A stretch of 64,000 nucleotides of DNA, taken from the NCBI RefSeq assembly GCF_964355755.1, contig NC_092674.1, positions 4,774,001-4,838,000 of the forward strand, read 5' to 3'. Positions within the stretch are counted from its first letter, which is position 1, and every line of letters starts with the position of its first letter. The translations under genes and the position numbers were made by a program. Positions 33,801 to 45,800 of the stretch are shown one piece after another. The DNA is from Antedon mediterranea. Its lineage: Eukaryota > Animalia > Echinodermata. A model generated the notes under the pieces. The model saw nothing but the letters and a program-made list of their open reading frames with translations, did no database searches and had not been told where the DNA came from.

Positions 33801-36800
33801 ATGATTTCAAATCAACCAATGATCATTTTGTTTAAAAATGAAAAAGATCGAGTAGGCCTACGTACAGTGCTGAATGTACGATCGAGACTGTTAAAATATG
33901 AAATCGTGTTGCCAAGTTGTTTTGTTTATTAATTGTTTAGTCCTTAGCCTAGGCCTCCTTCGTAGGTCCTACTCAACTCGCACGTATGACCTGCCAAATA
34001 AAACGCCAATAAGGTAGGCCTACATAATACCACCACCGGCACACAACAGGATTCACACACAACAGACAGGGCTATACACCACTACACAGAATTGAACAGG
34101 ACAGGGTCTGGGTGGGAATTAAATCAAATTATCTCCGCGTAATATTAAATCAGGGAGATCTAAATTACATCTCCCTGATTAAATGATCCATATAAAATCC
34201 TTTCTAGCCTTCAGAAACTTTCATCAATGTACCCAAGTACACATTGTCTAAACGTTACATAGCGCATGCGTACCATCTTAGTTGTTGAGTCTTTGAAATT
34301 CTGAAATATGAATATTAAAACGGTGTACGAGTGAGTAGCCAATCGCATGCAGCTGAAACTATTCAACCGGATAATCTATGCACCAAGAATTCTTGGTGTC
34401 AAACCACGTGACTTTTGCGTGTTTCCCCAGACGGAGTATCCAAACTCAAGTAATACACGTATGAAACGCCATATGTGCAAAAATATTTATATTTTTACTA
34501 ATATTAAGAAAAAACTCCGTCTGGAGCCCAGACTACAGGGAGATGTAAAACTCACTGCTTACAGCTGCCACATGTGGTACATGTGACACTGTATATTGCC
34601 TATGATACTGGTCACATATATACATGCTATGTGGAGAAACAGTACAGAGAATAATCTAGTGCCATATTGAATATGAATCTATAGCTTTATATCAGGAAGT
34701 ACAAATTGATACGGAAAATAGCCTATGTATCCGGCTTGTTGGCTGTTCAAAGTCTGTGAAAACTAAAGGGCTGTATCATGCTATAATGTTCAGTTATTAA
34801 AATTTTGAATTTCATTGTTGTACTGCAAAAAACTACATTTTTTAATAGCATTTAAGTGCAATAACATAAGATTTTAAGTTTGAGACAGTCAAGTCTGCAA
34901 TAAGCATTATGTATGATTATCCCAAAACAGCTTGCTAAATAATTGGTAACTAAAAACGTAGTTACTGCAACAACTGTAGTGGAAAAATGTTGACATTGTC
35001 TCTTGGTTTCTGAAAGAAATCCCAAAATATGTTGTTTTTTACTTCATTCATTTCATCGAGGTACGTCCATAATTGTTCAGAAATGAAGTTCCATTGTATG
35101 CCACCACAGCCGGGAATTTCCCACACAGCGAGTAGTTGTCAACAGCTTGTGGACAAAAAATAGAATATTTCCGCTTAACCCGTCATAGACTGTACATTTC
35201 TACAGTATAGTAGTATGTAAACATGAGTATCAGTTACTTCTAATTTTAGGTTCCTCTCTACCAACAATAAAGAATATGTTATCCACATTAGATTCTTGTT
35301 CAAATCGAATATATTGTCTATTTGCCTCTTTTTGGTAGAGAGGGGTTTATATGTTTATGTTATGATCATTTGAATTAAACATTTTGGGACAGCAAACAAC
35401 TTGACAGAGAATCAGTATATGTAAGGCAATTATAATAGCAAATTCGAAATATTTACAACTTTTTTACATTTTTTAGAATACATAAAATCATTCCTGTACA
35501 TTATCAGATCGCACAAATTTAATTCTTCTCTCACAAATTGAATATTAATCTACTGATTTTTAAAGATATATTGTCTCCGCACAATTTTTTTAATACATCC
35601 TTAAATGTTATCAATGTTTTTATTTTGCAGGTATTTGGAGTAGGAGTTCCGAATCCATACAGGTTAAGACCTTTTCTAGGAGCTAAAGTTCCACTAAATT
35701 ATACTTACTCACCATTGATAAATATGCACAATCCATATGGTACTGTGTTACAGGTTAGTAGTAATGTCTATTTTGTGCTTTGCTTACCTGGATAAACCGA
35801 CAATAGCCATCTCTCTCCTTTATCGCAACACCCCCACCCTTCCCGCTTTCCCCGCCCCTTTTCTTCTTATTTTTCCTTCTCTATAAATAGTGAGGATACA
35901 TTTACGAACATAAATTGACAATAGCCCTCTCTCTCCTTTATCCCCCACCCCCTTTATTTATCCCCACCCCCTTTATTTATCCCCACCCCCTTTATTTACC
36001 CCCACCCCCTTTATTTATCCCGCACCCCTTTTATTTATCTGCCGACGGGAAAGCAATTTATAGAATGTCCTGTTTATAGCTTCTCTTTACCAAACAATCA
36101 CCTCATTGAATAGAACGGTCAATCTTTTACTTACAACAATATAATTTTTTTAAATAATCTAATAGGTCTGTTATTCAATGAATCATGCCACCTTCAATTT
36201 GAATAAATGTTATATTTTGCTTATAATTTCAAAGCTTCTTATTAAAATTGATAGCAGTTATTAATATTATTTCATTCACTTTCGTTTCACTGAATGAGAT
36301 AATGGCTACAAATTGTAGAAGCATCAATATTTGGGTAAATTGATATTTCCTCCACTGGCTTCATTCTTAAAAAATTAAATGAATGGATTATGTTCTATAG
36401 GTTGTCAGATTAGATCTGATAAAATATATTGAGCCTTTAGAATTTTATTTCTTTCAAAATATAATATTTATTGATTTAATATTAAAATCAATAAATTTCC
36501 ATTATGAGCTTCATATTATGTCATCATTGTTATGCCATATTAATTTAAGCTCTGTCTACACATAGAGGTACAGTATAGAATAATTATTATTAATAATTAT
36601 TTTATACTTCCATGGTCCACACTATCAAACTAGTTTGACAAAAATGAAGTGATGTACCCTAATATGATAGTTATATGCCCAAATATGGTAGTGATGACAT
36701 CATCAGGTCTATATATAGGCGCATCACATTGTTTTTCTTTAATTTTCCTTTTTCTGCCTTACTTTCTGGATAATTGCCCAACTTGGTATAAACAGTAGGC

Positions 36801-39800
36801 CATAGTTTTTAAACTGATGTTTCTTGTTTGTTACCAATGTCAAATCCTGGAGCTTAAGATATCCTGGAGTATCCAGGAAAATCCTGCATCTAGAAATTAC
36901 ACCGAAAAGCAACACATTGTGTTGTCAAAAAATGTGATGTGCCCATATATGAACATGGTGATGTCAAATCACCACCATATTTGGGCATTACACTACCATA
37001 TTTGGGCACATCACACTAATGTTGTCAAACTAGTTTGATAGTGTAGACATAGCTTTATTTACTATGGTGTTCGAACCATTAGCCTAATGGTATTGTTTCC
37101 AAGTAGGAAATTTATCAATTAAACCTTACCTTGATGGTTGAAATGCATAATGATTCATAGTATTACATCATCTATAATGTCCAGGTGTTTATTTAAAACA
37201 TTGATTTCAATTATGAGTTTATTATGTTAATAATTGAGGTTAATTAATGAATTAATTGTTAAACAACTTTTATATATATTTTTTTTAAATATCAGTGTTT
37301 TGTTATTAGACTTCAAGTATTTAAGATAGGAACTCAAAATTAGTCCTCATGTCTGGCTGCGACAAATGCCAACAGTACTGTACTATTTAAATATTCTCTG
37401 CGGTGTACAGTGTCTGTTAAGGTGCGTGGAACTGATCGTGTCGCAGCCACAGATAAACTCTTTGATCTCCGGAGCTCAGCATCATGTTGTTAGATTGCCT
37501 TGATTATTATAAACATACTGTATCATGTCATTTTTTTTTTGTGGGTTTTTTTTTTGCAGGTAACAGAAATATATTCAAGCGGAGGTGACTTGCACCTGGA
37601 GTTACCGACAGGTTCACAGGAAACGTCTGATAACCTGTGGGTAAGTAATAATCAAATTTACTTTTGTTAAGCTCTGTCTACACCATAAAACCTTATATGA
37701 CAAACAAATGTGATGTGCCCATATATGAACACGATGATCTTATATCACTACCATATTTGGGTACACATCACACTTTTTTGTCACATACAGTTTGATAGTG
37801 TAGACAGAGCTTTACAATCTCAGCAGGAAATGTAATTGGACCTAATCATACAAAACGAAGAAAATAAAAAAATTGTTGAATCAGGGCTCGATTTAGTGCT
37901 AGCCCGGCGTACAATGGCTAGTAAAAACAGCTCCGGGCTACCTAAAGTATCTTCCTTTAAGCCCGGATGGCTAGTAGGTTGTGGGAACTCGAAATTGGGA
38001 CGAAATGACCTCATAAAAATAACTCCAGCATAAAAGACATATGTCTTGGCAACATCAGCAAAAAACCCACTCGCGCGCTGCTGTGGCCATAACAAGTGAT
38101 GATGTAGGCGGAGCCTCTCATAATCAAGCAAATTTTCCGAATTATGATTGGCCATTTATGTTTTTGTCACCCAGGTTATTGTGAAGTAGGCGGAGCTTCA
38201 TTATCAGGTCAAACGTGTCACAAAAATATGACCATAAATAACGAACTGTGATTGGCCAAATGTAGTAGAATTTTGTCAATGTTAAAAATAACTTGTCTAG
38301 TCTTGTCAGGCCTGGTTGTCACAGATCAAAGCTAGGGATATTTTGTAGGGCCGGGTGGCTGGCTCTATCCCTGTAGGTAGGCCATGGAGGCCATATTTTA
38401 TAATATGCGTAGGCCTAGATAGAATCAAAAGCCATCGTTTGGCATCGTGATGGCTGCTCAGCAGCTAGGCCTAGCTAGATACTACCATTTTGGTAACAGT
38501 TGAGTAGAGTAGGCCAGGTGCTCCAATGCGATCTAGCTAGGCTAGGTAGGCCTACGTCTATCCTCTACTAGCTACCCTACTATAAATAATAGGCTCTCTA
38601 GGCCTAGCCTAAGGTAGACAGAATCTAATTAGTTTTCTTGGCTAGGTTGAAGCCCAACAACAAAAAGACCTCAATAAATCGATTCTGTGAATATGGTGAG
38701 CATGAAATAGACTATGCGTCGCGACGCAAAGTTAATTTTTATAATGTGAACAATAAAGAAATACAATTTTGTGTAATTTTTCATGCAATAATAGTTTAAT
38801 AGAGTTGTTATGCGCGATTTGAACGATTTGCGCAATTTGAAATTGCGCAAGGATTTTCTTGCGCAATTTTAAATTGAAACATGTGTTTCAAATTGCGCAA
38901 GCAACGTATTAAATTGCGCAAGTAATCTGCAAATTGCGCAAGGTTTTTCGACAGATTGTGAAATCATGCACACCCATATTTTGTTAGTAATTTCTAAGAA
39001 TGATTCAAAATTAAAGATAATATCACATTTCCTTACCCTCCCGGGAGCCTCCCTCCCGAATTTTTTTTGACGAATAAAAAAAATCTCGAATTCCCAATGG
39101 TTCTATAAAATACCATATTCACACATAATATGAGGAGAAGGCATAAATAAATACCAATAGTAATATAATAATTTCAATTCAAATATCAGTACTAATGACG
39201 ATTAATAAGACTAATAACGATTGGATTTTTAGAAACAATAATTATTACGAATTATTAGACGTTTACTATTTAACTTAAAAATTAAATTTAATGACAAAAA
39301 AGATTGACCTTTCGGTACCATTTTCAACAACAAATGAGTACAATATATATAAATATAATAATAAAAATAACAAACAGTTAGAACTATCTTGCGCAATTTA
39401 CAAATTGTGCAGCGCAATTTGAAATTGCGCAAGGATTTTCTTGCGCAATTTAATATTGCGCAAGAAAATCCTTGCGCAATTTTAAATTGCGCAATTTTAA
39501 ATTGCGCAAATCGTTCAAATCGCGCATAACACAGTATTTATGTAAATGTTTAGCAATTCTCGAGCGTTTAGATTAGTGCGCCCTCTATTGTACAAAATGC
39601 CTGAATTCATTTATATGGCGGCCCTGCTATCACGGTGCGATAATAAGAGTGGGCTAGTAAAATAATGTATGGGCTAGTGAAATCTACAGTGAACTAGCCC
39701 AGTGGGCTAGCAACATGAAAAAGATAAATCGAGCCCTGTGAATGTATTCTTGTTTTATTGTTCTACCTACACACAAAGTAAGCGGTTTCCCCCCTTTGCG

Positions 39801-42800
39801 TTTTGCAGTTTGTTTATTTCCTTATATAGTAAACTTGATCTTTGCTCTTGAAATATTTTGTATTTTTGCAGAGCATAAAGAAAATCATTTAGATAAAATG
39901 CAATCACCATAAGTCACTCCCAGGGCCTATTTAAAATTCTTTGACTAGCTACATAAGACAACCATAGCATGTAGGTAGTTTCAGGGCCAGCTATAAATTT
40001 CCTTTTTTATCACTACTACAAAAATGAGCCACCCAACTGTAGACTGTAGCAAGCAAGTCAAATTTGTTGTAATTAATTAAATTAATTCCACAAAAAGCTG
40101 AATGTACAGTAATAAGGCTTTAACGCAAATAGCTTGATTATTTCGCGAGGAACTTCATTGCACAATGCATGATGGGAAGGGTTTGGGAGCAATAGCGCCA
40201 CCTTATAAATTAAACTTTATATATTAGTCCCATCATGCATCGCTCACGCTATTTGCAATAAATCTTATTGGCAGATGAGGCCTCAAGTACCTCCGTTATC
40301 TCTAAATAAAAAGGAACCGTTTCCCCCACAAAAATTACAACCTTGAAACACTAGCTGTTATTGAATGTTCAATAATACATTATAATATATCTACTTAGTA
40401 CTAGATGATTGTTGAGCCCCGAATTTGGTAGCGTAATTGCGCACTAGAAAAGTAGTATGAGTTAAATTCTATAGCTATAGTTCAAGTAATTAATTTAACC
40501 AGGTTATACCAGGGTACAGTATTTTATTTTTGTGTTGTTTTTTCATTCATTTATTTCATCAGTGGAAAATTACTTCCATTTATTGTCATTTGCATATAAA
40601 ATATACATAGATATATTATGTTGGTTCTGAGATACAAAACAGATAAATGAAAAACAAACAAAAACAATTACAGATTGTCAGATCACTATCGTATGGTATA
40701 CTGACGAGCATTCAGAGCCTAAATGTTTGTTTTGCCATATGATTATGACTATATAGATATATTATTGTATAAACAATAATCTTCTATGCCTTATCCTATT
40801 TTACATTGGTAATAATTAACTAATTAACAAAAATATGGCTTAGTAATTAATTGTCTTGTTTGTCAGGAGGTCAAACAAGTATTTTGAATTATTGATAACC
40901 ATGGTAATACACCGAGTGAGAAGTAAATTAATGGGTTTTGGCATGACGTCAATTGATGCCACGACGCGACTTAATGGCACGTTATTCTCCATGGCAACAC
41001 AACTATATTATTATTGGACTCTTTATATATAAAGCAGTTTGTGATATTTAAAGAAAAAAATTTTTTCTGTGTATTATCAGAGACTTAATATTAATAGAGT
41101 AGTCTATCAGTCTTTATTATTATATTTACAGTGTTGTTATTAATATAAAGTTTTATACAGTATATTTTATCCCATGTTATGTTTATAGTCATAATGTGCT
41201 ATGCTGACTATAATTGGAAAAAAACTTTGTCTAGATACTAGACTGCATTTCATATTGGAAAATGTTAAATATTTGATTGACACATTTGATACGTATATTA
41301 CTTCAGCTCCAGATAAAAATCGCTACATCGACTCGTGGACTAACAACATCAAAAGACAATTTAACTACAGACTTAGAACAAGTCTAATGGACCCTGTTAA
41401 TTGAGAATTGTAAATGAGTACTTGTTAAACAGACATACAAACTAATCAAGAGTTTGTAAAGAATGGAGAAAATAACTCAACTCAATAAGCCATTCTGTAA
41501 AAACATGTGGACTAAAACAATTTAAAATTATTTAAAGGATATTAACATACTAGGCTTGTTGTAAGTTTATTTAAGAATATCATTGTAATGTTACATTTAA
41601 TGTATAAAAAAAATCAAAACCTGAATGAATAAAAGTGGTGGTATGGTAAACCACAAAAGAGAAAAAAAAAATGGGAAAAATAACTCTTTTTATTGTGTTA
41701 TTTTTACGTTTTCATTACCAAATATAGTATGTTTAAATCGCATGAAATAATCGTTGTAACGCTTTATATTTTTAGGAAATTCCGCCATACCAAACACGGT
41801 CTGTTATGCGTGCAAGTTTCGTCGGAAGAACTGAAAGTAACCATACAGCATTTATCCGAATTAGAGCTAATCATACGGTTGAAGATAATGATTTTCTTAT
41901 GTTACCTGTCGAGGTGGAAGTCTCAGCAGGTGAGATAACTCCTTTGTTATTATGCAGCAATGCTTTTAATTATGCGGATCATAATAATTTGCATTAATAC
42001 TTGGTACAAAATATTTATGTAATGTTAAGGAAAAAAATTATTTTTTAGTAATTTTTGTAACAGTTGTGTTTAATTTAAACAATTTTTTTTGTAATTTTAA
42101 GGGACTGCTTCAAATTTATTCTTATATTTTATATCTTATTATTATATATATATCTTTTTCAGCATGTCAGATAACTCCTTTGTTTATATGCAGATCATAA
42201 TAAATCATATTTATTTAATGTTGAGGATAAAAATCATCTTTATTATTGACTTATTTTTTTATAAATAATAATTATAAGAATCATGTTTAATTTCAACAAT
42301 TTTTTTGTAGTTTTAAGAGAAATTTCAAATTTATTCTACTGCAGTTTACTGTAGTAATTACACCAAACAATAATTTAGTAAGCTTTTTTTGCTGCTAATA
42401 AACATACTGTTTAATGCAGTGACTGCCTCATAAACCTCTACGTTAAAAACTAAAATCATACATTATTGTTGAGTATTGGGTTTAAAGATGTAGTTACTGC
42501 AGTAACAGCAGTAGAATAATGTTAACATGATCACTAAAGCTCTGTCTACACTATCGAACTATGTGCCCATATATGGACATGATGATGTCATATCACTACC
42601 ATATTTGTGCATATTACTATCATATTTGGAAACTTTTATTGTCAAATTAGTCTGATAGTGTAGACAGAACTTAAAATACTAGCCTAGAGACAAATAAAAA
42701 AAATAAAAAAATCTATAGTCAAATGTTATATAGTTCAACTGAATTCAGTGTTTTGCACATACATGTCCCCATTGTTTACACATTTGTAGTGTTATGAATA

Positions 42801-45800
42801 TTTATTTGTGGAATATATTTATAGCTCAATATTTTTATTTTTATTTTATTTTTATTTTATATAATTATGCAAATAATATATTTTCCATATTTATACACTG
42901 TTGATGATACATGAATACTTAGGAAAACATTAAATTTATATAATAATATTTTGTTATGGCTGCTAAATATATTTATTTTTATTTTCAGCTCCTGGTATTT
43001 ATTCGGCTTTAGAAATGTTAGATTTTGGAACTCTACGATCATTGGATGAGCCACGTGTAATACCTTTATATCTCCTTAATACCAGTCCCAAAACTGTTCA
43101 AATTGTGGTAAGTTTGTTATGCAATAGATAAGATCTAAATAATTTAATGGACAAATTGATGTTTTTCCTAGAAAAATAGAAATATCTACCACTCTGGGTG
43201 TCATCAATTCAATTTTAATTCAAAAGACATTTATTTTAGTCCAAAAAAACAATTATTTAAAAAACAATAATGACAAATTGAGATTTTAAAAAATAATGAC
43301 TTGAATTATTACTAGTGTTTAACATAAATTATGCCTGGTTGTCTAGTACTCTGCCTTTTTTTTTTTATCATTCTCACAGATTTTCTTCTCTTCACTATAA
43401 ATTATTAATTATATTTATTAAATTAAATTTCCAGCACATCAATTGGTGATTTGGTATTTATACCTTTCATATTTATTTAGTCATATATTTTCACCCATTA
43501 ATTTAACATTCATTTGCGCCATAAAATAAAATGCCTTTTTTCCTTTTCAGAGCATCTCATTAATGCGAGCAAATGAAGCAGTATCGGTTGATTTTAAGCC
43601 CATGGGCTTAAAACCATCAGATAAACACATGAAAGTAGCTTCACTTACATTCCAACCATTGAAAGCCAATAAGTCTCGTTGTTGGACAGGAAAAATTATA
43701 GTAAAAACAAAGGATAAAAATCAAAAATTAGTTCTGCCTTATCAAGCATTGGTTTTACCAGGGTAGGTTATTTTATTTTGTTGCTGTTTTTTAACTCTTC
43801 TATTAAAACTTTAATTGAAATGAGATTCAATATAGGACTTGTAGTTGTCTATGTAATTTAAGAGGTTTCATGAAGTACAGTACAGTACAATAAAACCCTA
43901 TTAAGAGGACACCTTTGGGATCAAAGAATATGTCCCCTTAGTTGAGGTGTCCCCTGAATAGAGGTTGCCCTCAATTTTAAAACATATTTGCCCCTCGATC
44001 ATTTTATCAGGAAGTGTCGACTTAAAAGGTGCGTCCCAATGGAGGTGTGTTCTATTGTACTCCAAGGCCTACTAATACAATAAAATCCAAAACAGAAGAG
44101 TTGGAATCTATGTCTATTTTTAAAAAGACATAGATTTTGTTTTTATTTGCGGGGTTGCTGAAGACTTTTTGTCTTTAAATATCACTTATTGATATGAAGA
44201 TTTACTACCAATTATAGGCCATGTTCAATGATCTAGTTAGTAGTTGCAAAAACTGCTATAAACATCATTAAAATAAATGATAATATGATTGGTATGAAGA
44301 TTGACTGCCAATTAGAGAATACCTTCTTATATGATGAACACACAATATAGCTAATACTTCTAAAGCTTTGTCTACACTATCAAACTAGTTTAGAATCTAA
44401 TCATCATACCAAAATATGGTAGTGATGTGCCCAAATATGGTAGTGATATGACATCATCGTGTCCATATATGGGCACATCACATTTTTGTATCACATAAAG
44501 TTTGATAGTGTAGACAGGGATGTTTAAGTACTGTAGCATAAGCAAAAGCTAGTTTCACAAAAATGTGTTCCTTTAAGAAGGGATGTCCTCTAAATAGGGA
44601 TATCCCGAAGGAGGCTCTCTATTGTATAATACTTTTTGGTTCACATTATGATACAGTCATGCAATTTAGTGGATTTCATTATTGCGACTAAAAGTCTCCT
44701 TGATCTAATTTCATATTGTTTGTTTTTTATCAATAATTATGTTCTTGAATCTTGAATAAAGAACATTGAGCCCTGGTCAAAAACATTGTCCTTATTAATT
44801 AGAAGTATACCTTTCTCTAATTTGATATCGGGTTAATGAATTAGACTATCGAATCTATAAAAACTAAATATTCTAAATTCTCCGAGGCTATAATACTGTA
44901 ACACTATTCACAACAACACACAATTTAATACCATAAAAGGAGTAGAGAAATACAGGAAAACTGTATTAAAAAGTGTGTGTTTTTTTTATGCGGAAGTAAA
45001 ACTGAAGCTTTTATCCAGGGTAGCATAACAGGAAATTAAACTATTAATACATTCTTGGTATCATTAGTGGTTTTATGTAACTATAACCATGCATGCAACA
45101 AAGAAATAAAACGGTACTACCTTGTTATATAAATATGTATAAAGGTATAGGTATTTACCATCTGATCTTGTAATTCGCACCATTGGTTTGATAAAAAGAA
45201 TTTTGTTACAAGAATATGTATAAAATATGTTTAAAATGATCTTTTTTTTTTTTTCAAATTTCAAAGAGATTTATTTATGTTCATAAGTAAAAAAGACAAT
45301 ACATGATGTAGGGGATCAAATAAATATTTAAAAATTATACTTGAAATATTTTTTATAACCACCGAAAATTGACTCCCAGAAACAGGAAACTATTCTTTAA
45401 ATGCAATATTGTTTTCAAATCTAATTTTGCGGATACTATATGTTATGTATCAAGTATTAACCTCATCCCCTCCTGTGTCTGGTTAATATTTACAATTATT
45501 AGGTTTATGCAACAATCAATTAAGTCTATTTAGCAGAAATATTAAAGATAAAACAGTATTTAATCACCATCTCAATTATTGCGCCGTTTTATCTCGTGTA
45601 TTGCACCATTTTCGATTAGACAAGCCACTAGTTAGCTTGTTTAAACAAATTCAGCTTCGGTTTCTAAAAATTGTTTTCGGTTTACAGTCTACAACAGGAA
45701 GTGTGTGTAAGTAAACACTGGCTCAAGTCCAAATTGAAACACTTTTAATGAATTTCAATGACATTCCTTTCGTCTATTGTATTGAATGAAAAAGCCATTA

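Noticed and set aside
37820-38155. 111-aa ORF as a transposase remnant
   Set aside because: Crosses the element boundary and shows no hAT/DDE or BED motifs
40316-40450. Sm-site-like strings (AATTTTTGTGG on -, AATTTGGTAG on +) suggesting an snRNA
   Set aside because: No matching U1, U2, U4, U5 or U7 body or terminal stem-loop could be built
41170-41650. Possible decayed LINE C-terminal fragment
   Set aside because: Only a vague resemblance across frameshifts; not supportable without BLASTX
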